This document shows positions 1 through 9,926 of a DNA stretch of 64,000 nucleotides, in pieces. Each line of letters opens with the position of its first letter. Within the stretch, counting starts at the first letter, position 1. Both the position numbers and the translations under genes were made by a program. The notes under the pieces were generated by a model. The model was not told the DNA's origin. It saw only the letters and a program-made list of their open reading frames with translations, and did not search any database. This DNA comes from Pseudomonadota bacterium (GTDB lineage: Bacteria > Pseudomonadota > Gammaproteobacteria > Burkholderiales > Burkholderiaceae_C): contig JBEEJN010000018.1 in the NCBI GenBank assembly GCA_041169165.1, positions 18,736 through 82,735 on the forward strand, read 5' to 3'.

Positions 1-1
1 C

Positions 2-220
2 GAGGTGCTCAAGGCGATCAAGTCCGACCCGGCGCTGCTCATGATTCCGGTGGTGGTGCTGACCTCGTCGGCGGCGCGCCGCGACGTGCAGCACGCCTAC
101 CAGAACCATGTCAACGCCTATGTCGTGAAACCCGACAATTTCAACCAGTTCCTGGAACTGGTGGCCACGCTGCGCGACTACTGGCTCACGCACGTGCTGC
201 TGCCGACGCAGGTGCAATGA
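2..220 (+). CDS. Single-domain response regulator (Rcp1/CheY-like receiver), 5'-truncated by the window edge
   Basis: C-terminal receiver motifs IPVVVLTSS...AYQNHVNAYVVKP typical of Rcp1-like regulators; frame is open from base 2. Confidence 0.85.
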   Translation, partial: EVLKAIKSDPALLMIPVVVLTSSAARRDVQHAYQNHVNAYVVKPDNFNQFLELVATLRDYWLTHVLLPTQVQ

Positions 221-310
221 CGACCCACTGACCACCCGGCCACGTCCATGTCCATGTCCACATTGGCACCACCGATCCGACCACCACGACGCAGCCCCGA
301 AGGTCCTGCC

Positions 311-1870
311 ATGCCTGATCTCAACTCCGTGCTGCTGGTGGAAGACAACCCCGGCGACGCCCTGCTGGTGAAGGAATACCTGTCCGAACGTTTTGGCGAC
401 CGTTGCCGGGTGCACGAGGCGCGCACCCTGGCCGAGGCCGTCGCGGCGTTGGGCAGGGCCAGTTTCGACGTGGTGCTGCTCGACCTCGGCCTGCCCGACA
501 GCGTGGGGCTGAGCGCGTATTTCGACATCCAGGCCGCCGCACCGCAGCTGCCCGTGGTCATCCTCACCGGGCTGGACGATGAGGAGCAGGCGGTGCAGGC
601 CCTGCGCATGGGCGCCGAGGACTACCTGGCCAAGCGCCACGCCGACAGCGTGCTGCTGGTGCGCACCATGCGTCTGGCGGTGGAGCGCAAGCTCATGGCC
701 GAGCGCCGCAAGGCCGGCGAGGCGCGCTACCTCGCCCTGGTCGAGGCCGCCGAGGAAGGCATATTGCGGGTGACACGTTCGGGCGAGATCAGCTACGCGA
801 ACCGTCGCGTACTGGGCATGCTGGGGCTGGACGGCGACGCGGACGGCACCGGAACGCACCTGCCGCTGGTGGGCTCGCGGATCGAGTCGCACGTGCATGT
901 GCTGGACCGCCTGAGCATGACGCTGCTGCTGCGCACCCCGGTCGACAAGCGCCAGACCACCGAGTTGCGGCTGGTCCGCGGCGACAGCCAACCGTGCTGG
1001 GTCATCGCCGCGGCCAGTGGTGTGCCATCCGAGTCCGGCCCGTCGTCCGACGTCCTGCTGCTGCTGTCCGATGTCACCGGTCGGCGCCTGGCCGAGGCCG
1101 AACTGGTGCGCCTGAAGGCCGACATGGAGGTCAAGGTGCTCGAGCGCACGGTGTCGCTCGAAGCGTCCAGCCAGGAGCAGACCGCCTTCAGTCGCGCCAT
1201 CGCCCACGATCTGCGCAACCCCATCAACGGCATCATCGGCTTGACCCACCTGGTGCGTCAGGGCGCTGGCGAGCGGCTCAACGAACAGGAAAGCCGGCGC
1301 CTGATGATGGTGGAACAGGCCGCGATGAGCATGAACGAGACGCTGGCGGCGCTGCTGTCGCTGGCGTCGATGTGTCGCGAGGCGCTGAAGGTTGAAAGCC
1401 TCGACCTGTCCGCCCTGGTGGGTGGCATCGCGGCCAGGCTGTCCGCCGCCGACCCCGATCGGCGTGTGGTGTGGCGCATCGCACCGGGCGTGAACGCGCG
1501 CGGCGACCGCGTCCTGATCGGCAACGTGCTGCAAAACCTGCTCGACAACGCCTGGAAATACACCGGTTCGCGGCCCGAGACGCGGATCGAGTTCGGCCGC
1601 AGCGTCTTGCCCGATCAGTCGGTGGCCTATTACCTGCGCGACAACGGTGTGGGCTTCGACCCCGCCGAGGCCCAGGCCAGGCTGTTCATGCCCTTCCAGC
1701 GCCTGGCCACGGCGCTGGAGTTCGCCGGCCACGGCCTGGGCCTGGTGGGCGCCAGCCGCATCATCGAACGCCACGGCGGGCGCCTGTGGGCCGAAGGCGA
1801 GGTGGGGCAGGGCGCGACCTTCCTGTTCACGCTGCCTTCGCCGGACGCGCGGGGGGAGCACCCGGCATGA
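311..1870 (+). CDS. Hybrid sensor histidine kinase (REC-PAS-HisKA-HATPase)
   Basis: REC (VEDNPGD, LLDLGLPD), PAS-like middle, H-box AHDLRNP, N-box NLLDNAWKY, G-boxes DNGVGF and GHGLGL; start set at ATG 311 (ORF open from 248). Confidence 0.92.
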   Translation: MPDLNSVLLVEDNPGDALLVKEYLSERFGDRCRVHEARTLAEAVAALGRASFDVVLLDLGLPDSVGLSAYFDIQAAAPQLPVVILTGLDDEEQAVQALRMGAEDYLAKRHADSVLLVRTMRLAVERKLMAERRKAGEARYLALVEAAEEGILRVTRSGEISYANRRVLGMLGLDGDADGTGTHLPLVGSRIESHVHVLDRLSMTLLLRTPVDKRQTTELRLVRGDSQPCWVIAAASGVPSESGPSSDVLLLLSDVTGRRLAEAELVRLKADMEVKVLERTVSLEASSQEQTAFSRAIAHDLRNPINGIIGLTHLVRQGAGERLNEQESRRLMMVEQAAMSMNETLAALLSLASMCREALKVESLDLSALVGGIAARLSAADPDRRVVWRIAPGVNARGDRVLIGNVLQNLLDNAWKYTGSRPETRIEFGRSVLPDQSVAYYLRDNGVGFDPAEAQARLFMPFQRLATALEFAGHGLGLVGASRIIERHGGRLWAEGEVGQGATFLFTLPSPDARGEHPA

Positions 1871-2775
1871 GCGAGCGCCCGTCCTATCTGCTGCTGGTCG
1901 AGGATCACCCCGGCGACGCCGGGCTGACCCAGGAATTCCTGGCCGAATACGACGGCGAACAGGCGCTGCCGCCGCTGCGCTGGGTGCAAAGCTTGGCCGC
2001 CGCACTCGAAACCCTGGACAAGCTGCCGGGCTGCACCGCCGTGCTGCTTGATCTGGGCCTGCCGGACAGCGACGGCATGAACGCGCTGCGCGCCATTCGT
2101 GCGCAGCACGCCGACCTGCCGGTCATCGTGCTGAGTGGTCACGACAGCATGCCCATGAGCCTGGATGCGCTGAGCTCGGGCGCGCAGGACTATGTGGTCA
2201 AGGACGACCTGAGTGCGTCGGGGCTGCAGCGCGCGGTGCAACTGGCCTCGCATCGCAAACGCATGGAAGTCGCCGCCCGGGCACGGTTGCTGCTGGACGA
2301 CCTGACCGGCCTGCCGCGACGTGTCTTGCTGCTCGATCACCTCAACAAGGCCATGGTGCACGCGCACCGCAGCGGGGCGAGCGGCGCGCTGCTGTTCATC
2401 GACCTGGACGGTTTCAAGCAGGTCAACGACCTGCACGGCCATCAGGCCGGCGATGCCGTGCTGGTGGGCGTGGCCCAGCGGCTGCTGGCCGCCGTGCGTG
2501 TGACCGACACGGTAGCCCGCTTGGGCGGCGATGAATTCGTCGCGCTGCTGTACGAGCTGGCCGATCCGGGCCACGCCCGGCTGGTCGCCGACAAGCTGCT
2601 GCGGGCCATCGAGCAGCCCATCGCCTGGCAGGCGGCCCGGCTGCAGGTGTCGGCCAGCATCGGCCTGACCTTCTTCGGCAGCGGACCGCAGGATGCCGCC
2701 GCTCTGCTCGGTCAGGCCGACCGGGCGATGTATCAGGCCAAGGCCACCGGCAAGGGCCGGGTGGTCGAACTCTGA
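1867..2775 (+). CDS. Response-regulator diguanylate cyclase (REC-GGDEF)
   Basis: ATGA overlap with the upstream stop; REC domain, then DLDGFKQVND and intact RLGGDEF with RxxD I-site (RVTD) five residues upstream. Confidence 0.93.
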   Translation: MSERPSYLLLVEDHPGDAGLTQEFLAEYDGEQALPPLRWVQSLAAALETLDKLPGCTAVLLDLGLPDSDGMNALRAIRAQHADLPVIVLSGHDSMPMSLDALSSGAQDYVVKDDLSASGLQRAVQLASHRKRMEVAARARLLLDDLTGLPRRVLLLDHLNKAMVHAHRSGASGALLFIDLDGFKQVNDLHGHQAGDAVLVGVAQRLLAAVRVTDTVARLGGDEFVALLYELADPGHARLVADKLLRAIEQPIAWQAARLQVSASIGLTFFGSGPQDAAALLGQADRAMYQAKATGKGRVVEL

Positions 2776-2797
2776 CGCGGCGCCGCGGGCGGGCGCC

Positions 2798-3430
2798 TCA
2801 GCCCACCTTGCGCGTCGACCAGTCGGTCTGCAACGACGGGCGTTGGCCGAAGTCGGCGTACCAGCGCGCCACGGCGGGGAAACGCGCCCGCCAGGCCAGC
2901 GATTCGTAGCGCAGGTCGAGGTACCACAGGGCGCAGGCCAGGGCCAGGGTGCCGATGTCCACGCGACCGCTGTCCAGCGGCAGGGGCAGCAGTTCGCCGC
3001 GCTCCAGCGCTGTCAGCGAGGTCTCGATCTTGTCGAGCTGGCCGTTCTGCCAGTCCGGCCAGCGCAATTCCTCGGGGCGGGCGATCTGCTCGTAGCGCAC
3101 CAGCAGGGCAGCGTCGAGCATGCCGTCGGCCAGGGCCTGCAGCGTCAGGGCCTGCCAGCGCGCCGGACCCTGGGCGGGGATGAGCCGGGCGGCGCCGAAG
3201 GTGGTGTCGAGGTATTCGCAGATGACACGGCTGTCGTACAGCGCCTGGCCGTCGTCGCTGATCAGCGTGGGCACCTTGCCCAGCGGATTGGCGGCGACGA
3301 TGCTGGCGTCGCGGTTCACCGGGTGGGCGTTGGCGACCAGGAAGTCGATGCGATCGGCCACGCCGAGTTCGTGCGCGACGGCCAGGCACTTGCGCACATA
3401 GGGCGAGGTGGGGGAAAAGAAGAGTTTCAT
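2798..3430 (-). CDS. Glutathione S-transferase family protein
   Basis: MKLFFSPTSPYVRK, NPLGKVPTL, LYDSRVICEYL GST N-domain motifs. Confidence 0.92.
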   Translation of the reverse strand: MKLFFSPTSPYVRKCLAVAHELGVADRIDFLVANAHPVNRDASIVAANPLGKVPTLISDDGQALYDSRVICEYLDTTFGAARLIPAQGPARWQALTLQALADGMLDAALLVRYEQIARPEELRWPDWQNGQLDKIETSLTALERGELLPLPLDSGRVDIGTLALACALWYLDLRYESLAWRARFPAVARWYADFGQRPSLQTDWSTRKVG

Positions 3431-3527
3431 GGTGGGGTACGGGCAGTCGTCGGTCGTGGAGTCGTGTGTGGCGTGGTGCGGAGGATCGTTCGTGGCGACG
3501 TTCATGGGGCGACGGGGGCGCAGCCGT

Positions 3528-4298
3528 TCAGGGCTGCACGAGCGCCGTGGCTGCGGCGGCAATGTCCAGCAGGTGGCCGGTCAACGCTGCCGGCTCGCTC
3601 ACCATGGGGCAGTGGCCGGTGGCCATCTCGATGACACGCATGCCGGGCGTGGCGCGGGCGCGCACGCGCATGTCGGCGATGGTGGGGTAGGCCGGTGCGT
3701 GGCAGTCGATGAAGCTGCGCGGCAGGGCGGCGATGCGTGTGCCGTCGAAATGCAGCGGCTCGCGGTAGGGGCCGAAGGGGTGCGCCACCTGGCGGCGCAG
3801 CAGCCAGGCGCGGTCGGCGCTGCTCAGGCCGAAGTCCACCGGGTCGGGCGGCGGCAGGGCGTGGTTGTTGGCGCGTGCTGCCGCGGTGCGCGCCGCCACG
3901 ATCTCGGCCGAGTGTTTTTCGCCCCAGCCTTCGCCGGGCAGCGGCAGCATGGCGTCGACATAGACCAGGGCACGCACGGCGCTGGAGCGGCGCGCCAGCA
4001 GCTGGTCGGCCGCCCCGGTGACCACCATGCCGCCGTAGCTGTGGCCGACGAGCACGATGCCGTCCAGCTCTTCCGCTTCCACCAGTTGCACCACATCGGT
4101 GATGTGGGTCTGCAGCGTGATGCCGGGGTGACGCAGATGGGCGCGGTCGCCGTCGCCGGTGAGGGTGGCGGCGTGCACCTCATGGCCGGCAGCGCGCAGC
4201 GGCGCGAGCACGCGCCGCCAGACCCAGGCGCCGCCCCAGGCGCCGTGCACAAGAACGATGGGGGCCGGGGTCGAACGGGCGAAGGCGTTGGCGCTCAT
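3528..4298 (-). CDS. Alpha/beta hydrolase (esterase, methyl-salicylate-esterase-like)
   Basis: VLVHGAWGG oxyanion motif, GHSYGG nucleophile, TGHCPM catalytic His. Confidence 0.9.
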   Translation of the reverse strand: MSANAFARSTPAPIVLVHGAWGGAWVWRRVLAPLRAAGHEVHAATLTGDGDRAHLRHPGITLQTHITDVVQLVEAEELDGIVLVGHSYGGMVVTGAADQLLARRSSAVRALVYVDAMLPLPGEGWGEKHSAEIVAARTAAARANNHALPPPDPVDFGLSSADRAWLLRRQVAHPFGPYREPLHFDGTRIAALPRSFIDCHAPAYPTIADMRVRARATPGMRVIEMATGHCPMVSEPAALTGHLLDIAAAATALVQP

Positions 4299-4383
4299 GA
4301 GGGTGACCAAGTCGTTTCAAAAAAGTAGGGGGGACGGGCGGCGGCCCGGCAGCTGGCGTGTGGCGCCGGGTCGGAAGGCGCGA

Positions 4384-5181
4384 TCAGACCACGACGGGCG
4401 TGTTGGCGCCGTCCACAGTGAGCACGGCACCGCTCACATAACCCGCTTGCGGCGAGGCCAGGAACAGCACCACCGAGGCGACATCCTCGGCCACCGCCAG
4501 CCGGCCCAGCGGCGCGGCGCGGATGGCCCGTTCGAGCAGGTCCTCGACGCTGATGCCGCTCATGCGCGACTGTGCCGCCAGGCCTTCGTGCATGCGGGTG
4601 GTGGCGACCGTGCCGGGGTTGACCACGTTGACCCGCACGCCCTTGCCGGCCAGAGCGTTGGCCAGGCCGGTGCTCGCCAGCATGAGTGCGGCGTTGGCCG
4701 CGCCGCCCGGCAGATGCACCGGCGAGGCCAGCTTGCCGCCCATGCCGACCACGTTGACGATGACGCCGCGGCCACGCGCGGCCATGCCGTCGCTCACCGC
4801 CTGCATGGCGTGGATGTAGGTGAAGAACTTGGCATCCATGGCGGCATGCCAGTGCGCCGCCGTGAGTTCGTCCGGCGGCGTGCGCTGCGCCGCGCCGGCG
4901 CTGTTGACCAGGATGTCGATCGGCCCGAGCTGTTGTTCCACCGCCGCCACCAGCTCATCGGCGGCCTCGGCCTGGCGCAGGTCGGCGGCAAAGGTGTGCA
5001 GGTCGGCGCCGGCGTGCCCGGCTGCGACCAGGCTGGCCTCGGCCGCCGCCAGATGCAATGGGTTGCGCGAGGCAATGGCCACCCGCGCGCCTTCGGCCAG
5101 AAATCCCTGCGCGCACGCCAGGCCGATGCCCTTGCTGCCGCCGGTGATGAGCACGACCTGGCGTGCCAGTTTCAGATCCAT
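4384..5181 (-). CDS. SDR family oxidoreductase
   Basis: TGGSKGIG Rossmann motif, LVNSAG, VNVVNPG; no canonical YxxxK motif visible. Confidence 0.9.
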   Translation of the reverse strand: MDLKLARQVVLITGGSKGIGLACAQGFLAEGARVAIASRNPLHLAAAEASLVAAGHAGADLHTFAADLRQAEAADELVAAVEQQLGPIDILVNSAGAAQRTPPDELTAAHWHAAMDAKFFTYIHAMQAVSDGMAARGRGVIVNVVGMGGKLASPVHLPGGAANAALMLASTGLANALAGKGVRVNVVNPGTVATTRMHEGLAAQSRMSGISVEDLLERAIRAAPLGRLAVAEDVASVVLFLASPQAGYVSGAVLTVDGANTPVVV

Positions 5182-5382
5182 GGGTTGTCGCTCCTGCTGG
5201 GTAGGCCGCGGTTCACGGCGGAATGACGACGATCGGAATGCCGATGTGGTCCGGCATTCAAGCAGGAAATGTCAGGCGGAGGATCGGGGTCTTCAACGGG
5301 TAGGTCGGACAGCTCTGCCGGCGCCCAGTGCACGCCGCTGTCGACAGCTGCTGACGATCCGATACCGCCGTTTACCGTTCAA

Positions 5383-5398
5383 TGGCAACCTTCATGCA
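5383..5398 (+). promoter_or_regulatory. Possible sigma-54 (-24/-12) promoter upstream of the first DUF1800 gene
   Basis: TGGCAACCTTCATGCA has GG(5384-85) and GC(5396-97) with correct 10-nt spacing; imperfect match to consensus. Confidence 0.3.
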
Positions 5399-5616
5399 TA
5401 GTGCACGCGGCCGCGCCGCCTGTCCGGCCAGCGCGCAAACGGTGTTCACGCTCCGGTCAAACTCTTGGGCGAGATCTTCGAATACTCGGCAAAGCGCAGT
5501 TCACAGCGCCATTGCGACCCGCAGCGAACCTCCTCCGAAAAATTTGCGCCTCAGCATGCGTCAAACGCCAGTGACCGTGGCGTGATTGCCTGGGCGTGTT
5601 GCCGCCGCCACCGTCC

Positions 5617-7857
5617 ATGAAACGACCCCTGTCCTCTGCATTCCGATCAGTCGGCCCGGCCGGCGTGCTGACCGTGTCCTGCGCGGTGGCGCTGTTGGCG
5701 GGCTGCGGCGGCGGCGGGGCCGGGGCCCTGACGGGTGCCTCGGGGCCCGGGCGCACGGCCGAGGCGGCCAGCGCCGAGACCCTGGCCTATGTCGGCGAGC
5801 AGCGTCGCGCCTTGGCGCAGGCGGCCGTGGCGACGGCGACCAACCCGACGTTGACGGTGCGTGCGCGCGCCAGCCTGGCGGCCGACGTCGGGCCCATCCT
5901 GCAGCTGCGGGTCGACGGCGCCCTGATCGGCTCGGTCGAGGTGCGCAACAGCGTCGACTGGGCCGACTACAGCTTTGCCGCGCCGCTGCTGAAGGCGGGT
6001 TCCAAGGTCGAGGTGGTGTACACCAATGACGGCACCGTGAACGGCGTCGACCGCAACCTCTTCGTCGCCAGCGTGAGCGATGGTTACTCGGCTCTGTTGC
6101 CCAACACCTCGGCGGTGCTGCTGGACCAAGGCAGCGGCGCCGCCGCCTTTGACGGCCTGAACGTGGTGGCCGGGCGCAGCGAGATGTGGGGCAATGGCGC
6201 GCTGCGCATGAGCTGGCCGGCCCTGGCCGCGATGCCGACCGGCAGCCTGCTGCGGCGCCAGGATGCGTCGCGTTTCTTGCTGCAGACCACCTTCGGCCCC
6301 ACGCCGGTCTTGCTCGACACCCTCGCCCAGCAGACCTATGCGAGCTGGATCGACGACCAGATGGCGCTGCCGGCGAGTGACACCTTCGTGCCGGCGGTGC
6401 AGGCGCGTTACGACCTGGGCGACGACTACCGGCCGGGCGGCACGCAGTACTCGCCCTACGAGGTGTCGCGCGCCTTCTGGGCCAGCAGCAGCACGGCGCC
6501 CGACCAGTTGCGCCGGCGCGTCGCCTACGCGCTGCAGCAGATCTTCATGGTCTCGCAGGCGGACGGCAATCTGTGGCACCACAGCCGCGCCTACGCCGCC
6601 TACCTCGACACCCTCAACCGCGACGCCTTCGGCAACTTCCGCACCCTGCTGCAGGACATGGCATTGAGCCCGGCCATGGGTCTGTACCTGTCGCACCTGC
6701 GCAACCGTCCGGAAGACCCGGCCACCGGTCGGCTGCCGGACGAGAACTTCGCCCGCGAGGTGATGCAGTTGTTCACCCTGGGCCTGTACGAGCTGAAGGC
6801 CGACGGCAGCCCGCAACTCGACGCCGGCGGCCGGCCGATCGAGACCTATGGCAATGCCGACGTGATGGCCCTGGCCAAGGTGTTCACCGGCCTGTCCTGG
6901 GCCTACCCTGACTCGGCGCTCACCAACAGCAACTTCCGCTGGGGGGGACCGGACTACAGCGCAGCCGCTGATACCCGCATGGACCTGCTGCCGATGAAGG
7001 CCTACCCCGGCCAGCATTCCAGCGCCGACAAGACGCTGTTCGCTGGCAAGCCCTGGGCGCTCACGCTCAAGGGCGGCGCCAGCGCCATGGACGACGTCAA
7101 CCAGGCGCTCGACGCCTTGTTCAAGCATCCCAATGTCGGCCCCTTCATCGGTCGCCAGCTGATCCAGAAGCTGGTCACCGGCAACCCCAGCCCGGCCTAT
7201 GTGGCGCGCATTTCGGCCGTCTTCAACGACAACGGCCGCGGTGTGCGCGGCGACCTGGCGGCGGTGGTGCGCGCCGTGCTGATGGACGCCGACGCGCGCG
7301 CCATGCCCGACGCCGCCTTCGGCAAGGTGCGCGAGCCGGTGCTGCGCATCGTGCACTGGATGCGCGCCTTCAACGCCAGCTCCAGCAATGGCGCCTACAA
7401 CTTCAGCTGGCAGATCGCCCCGGCCGGCCAGTTGCCGCAGAACGCACCGTCGGTGTTCGGCGATTTCCGGCCCGGCTACATCCCGCCCAATTCCAGCTTT
7501 GCCGCCCGCGGCGCCACCGCGCCGGAGCTGCAACTGGTCAACGAAAACACCGTTGCTGGCTGGGTCAATGTGGCCGAGGCCATGGGCAGCGGTGGCCTGG
7601 GCTGGAACGGCAATGTGCGCGAGCTCGCGCCCGACTACACCGCCCTGGCGGCAAGGCTCACGGCGGGAGATCCGGCCGGGCTGGTGAACCAGCTCGACCA
7701 GCTGCTGTTTGGCGCGCAGATGTCGCTTGAGTTGCGTCAGGCGATCTTCGAGGCCATCAGCACCGTGGGCGGCACCGACGCCAACAGCCAGCTCAACCGC
7801 GCCCGCATGGCGGTCTTCATCTCGCTGGCCTCACCCGAGTTCCTGATCCAGCGCTGA
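5617..7857 (+). CDS. DUF1800 family lipoprotein with N-terminal CBM60-like (Ca-dependent carbohydrate-binding) module
   Basis: Lipobox LLAGC; segment TVRARASLAADVGPILQLRVDG...VYTNDGTVNGVDRNLFV resembles CBM60; DUF1800 core ASRFLLQTTFGPT, SPAMGLYLSHLRN, PDENFAREVMQLF, GKVREPVLR. Confidence 0.88.
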   Translation: MKRPLSSAFRSVGPAGVLTVSCAVALLAGCGGGGAGALTGASGPGRTAEAASAETLAYVGEQRRALAQAAVATATNPTLTVRARASLAADVGPILQLRVDGALIGSVEVRNSVDWADYSFAAPLLKAGSKVEVVYTNDGTVNGVDRNLFVASVSDGYSALLPNTSAVLLDQGSGAAAFDGLNVVAGRSEMWGNGALRMSWPALAAMPTGSLLRRQDASRFLLQTTFGPTPVLLDTLAQQTYASWIDDQMALPASDTFVPAVQARYDLGDDYRPGGTQYSPYEVSRAFWASSSTAPDQLRRRVAYALQQIFMVSQADGNLWHHSRAYAAYLDTLNRDAFGNFRTLLQDMALSPAMGLYLSHLRNRPEDPATGRLPDENFAREVMQLFTLGLYELKADGSPQLDAGGRPIETYGNADVMALAKVFTGLSWAYPDSALTNSNFRWGGPDYSAAADTRMDLLPMKAYPGQHSSADKTLFAGKPWALTLKGGASAMDDVNQALDALFKHPNVGPFIGRQLIQKLVTGNPSPAYVARISAVFNDNGRGVRGDLAAVVRAVLMDADARAMPDAAFGKVREPVLRIVHWMRAFNASSSNGAYNFSWQIAPAGQLPQNAPSVFGDFRPGYIPPNSSFAARGATAPELQLVNENTVAGWVNVAEAMGSGGLGWNGNVRELAPDYTALAARLTAGDPAGLVNQLDQLLFGAQMSLELRQAIFEAISTVGGTDANSQLNRARMAVFISLASPEFLIQR

Positions 7858-7890
7858 GCGCGCTGCACCTGCCCGTACCTGCCTTGCACC

Positions 7891-9279
7891 ATGAACGCCT
7901 CGCGACGCCACTTCTTGCGCTCCGCCACCAGCCTGGCCGCGGCCCTGCCTGACGCCCGAGCGCCGCTCGCCCTGAGCCTAGCCGGCCTGGGCGCGCTGGC
8001 CGCCGACCGGGCGCGTGCTGCCGACACCAGCACCGGCTACCGCGCCCTGGTCTGCCTGTTCATGCACGGCGGCTGCGATACCCATAACTGGGTCGTGCCG
8101 ACCGATGCCAGCGGCTACGCCGACTACGCCCAGGTGCGCGCGGAACTGGCCTGGCCAACCAGCAAGCTGTTGCCCCTGACCAGCAATACACAGGGCAGCG
8201 GAAGGACCTTCGGCATGCCGACCGAGCTGGCGGCGCTGCGCGGCTGGTATGAGAGCGGCCGCGCCGCCGTGCTGGCCAATGTAGGCACGCTGGTGCGGCC
8301 GATCAGCAAGGCCGAATTCCAGACCGGTGGCGCGGCGGTGCCGAGCAAGCTGTTCTCGCACAACGACCAGCAGTCGATGTGGCAGTCGCTGGCGCCCGAA
8401 GGTGCACCGTCGGGCTGGGGCGGGCGCATGGGCGACCTGCTGATGTCGGCCAATCAGCAACCGGTCTTCACCACTGTGGCGGCCAACGGCAACGCGGTCT
8501 TCCTGACCGGCAACGCGGTGTTCCAGTACCAGGTCGGGGCGGATGGGCCGATCGGCGTCAACGCCCTGAGTTCGACCTGGCTGATGGGCTCGAACAGCGC
8601 GGCGCCGACCTTGCGCCGGGTGTTGCTGGCCGGTCGTGGCCGCAACGAGTTCCAGACCGAGCATGTGCGCATCATGCAGCGCTCGCTCGACACCACCGGC
8701 GTGCTGCGCAGCGCCATTGCCGCCACACCCATCGCTGCCCTGCCGACCGCGATGGCGAATGACTCGCTGGCCAAGCAGTTGCGCATCGTGGCGCAGATGA
8801 TTGCCGCCGGGCCTGGCCTGGGCATGAAGCGCCAGGTCTTCATGGTGGCTATCGGCGGCTTTGACAGTCACGCCAACCAGATGCGCGACCAGCCCGGCCT
8901 GATGACGCGGGTGGCCAACGCCGCCGACTGGTTCCTGCGCGCGCTGGAGGGCGTGGGCATGCTGGGCAACGCCACGCTGTTCAGCGCCAGCGACTTCGGC
9001 CGCACCCTCACCAGCAACGGCTCGGGCAGCGATCACGGCTGGGGCTCGCACCATTTCATCGCCGGCGGTGCGGTGCGCGGCAGCAACATCTACGGCAGCT
9101 TTCCGGTCACCGCGCTGGGTACGACGACCGACATCGGTTCAGGCCGGCTGCTGCCGACCACCTCGGTGACCGAATACGCCGCCACCCTGGGCCGCTGGAT
9201 GGGCCTGAGCGACAGCGAACTGCTGACGGTCTTGCCCAACCTGGGCAATTTTTCGAGCGCCGGGCTGGGCTTTCTCTAG
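7891..9279 (+). CDS. DUF1501 family protein, Tat-exported
   Basis: Twin-arginine SRRHFLR; YRALVCLFMHGGCD, LFSHNDQQ, GGFDSH, SDFGRT, GSDHGWG; directly follows DUF1800. Confidence 0.9.
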   Translation: MNASRRHFLRSATSLAAALPDARAPLALSLAGLGALAADRARAADTSTGYRALVCLFMHGGCDTHNWVVPTDASGYADYAQVRAELAWPTSKLLPLTSNTQGSGRTFGMPTELAALRGWYESGRAAVLANVGTLVRPISKAEFQTGGAAVPSKLFSHNDQQSMWQSLAPEGAPSGWGGRMGDLLMSANQQPVFTTVAANGNAVFLTGNAVFQYQVGADGPIGVNALSSTWLMGSNSAAPTLRRVLLAGRGRNEFQTEHVRIMQRSLDTTGVLRSAIAATPIAALPTAMANDSLAKQLRIVAQMIAAGPGLGMKRQVFMVAIGGFDSHANQMRDQPGLMTRVANAADWFLRALEGVGMLGNATLFSASDFGRTLTSNGSGSDHGWGSHHFIAGGAVRGSNIYGSFPVTALGTTTDIGSGRLLPTTSVTEYAATLGRWMGLSDSELLTVLPNLGNFSSAGLGFL

Positions 9280-9338
9280 GCCGTCGGGGTGACCGCGCGC
9301 GCGTGTTTGGGCGTACGGACGCGGGACGACCCATCGAT

Positions 9339-9749
9339 TCAGCCCACTGTGCGCGCCTCGCCGGCTGCCTGGGTGTCCATCAGGCCCCAGAACGCGGTGA
9401 TGAGGCCGTCCTGCACCGTGAAGACATGCACCCATGACGCATCGAAGGTCTTGCCGGTTGAACGCAGACGGGTGCGTTCATGGCCGATGACGGTCACATG
9501 GTCGGGACCGGCGAGCATCTGGCGGGGTTCAAAACTCTGGATGTCGTCACTGGCGCCGACCGTGCCGAACCATTCGGCCAGCTGTGAATGGCCGATCACG
9601 GTGGCGGTGTAGGGGGCGCCGCGGTCGGCCGTGAACTGCCAGCGCACGCTCGGGCTGCACAGGGCAAGCAGGGCAGGGATGTCGCCCGAGCCGAAGGCGG
9701 CATAACCGGCCTGGACGATCTGCAGCGGGCTTTTGGTGGGGCTGGACAT
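9339..9749 (-). CDS. SnoaL/NTF2-like (ketosteroid-isomerase-like) protein
   Basis: VQAGYAAFGSGDIPALLAL...WVHVFTVQDGLIT pattern. Confidence 0.85.
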   Translation of the reverse strand: MSSPTKSPLQIVQAGYAAFGSGDIPALLALCSPSVRWQFTADRGAPYTATVIGHSQLAEWFGTVGASDDIQSFEPRQMLAGPDHVTVIGHERTRLRSTGKTFDASWVHVFTVQDGLITAFWGLMDTQAAGEARTVG

Positions 9750-9926
9750 GGTGGACTCCTGGTGAATGGTGGGAGCGCCTACCATATGCCGAGCGCGAAC
9801 GTGAACTTGTTTGCGAACGCGCGGCCCTGATCAGTGCAGGGTCGAAGCTGCGCCGCTGCCGGGCTGCCCCGCTGCAGCTCTGCGTGCCCTCACCTTCACC
9901 CGCGCCTGCCCGGCGCCAGCACCGCC

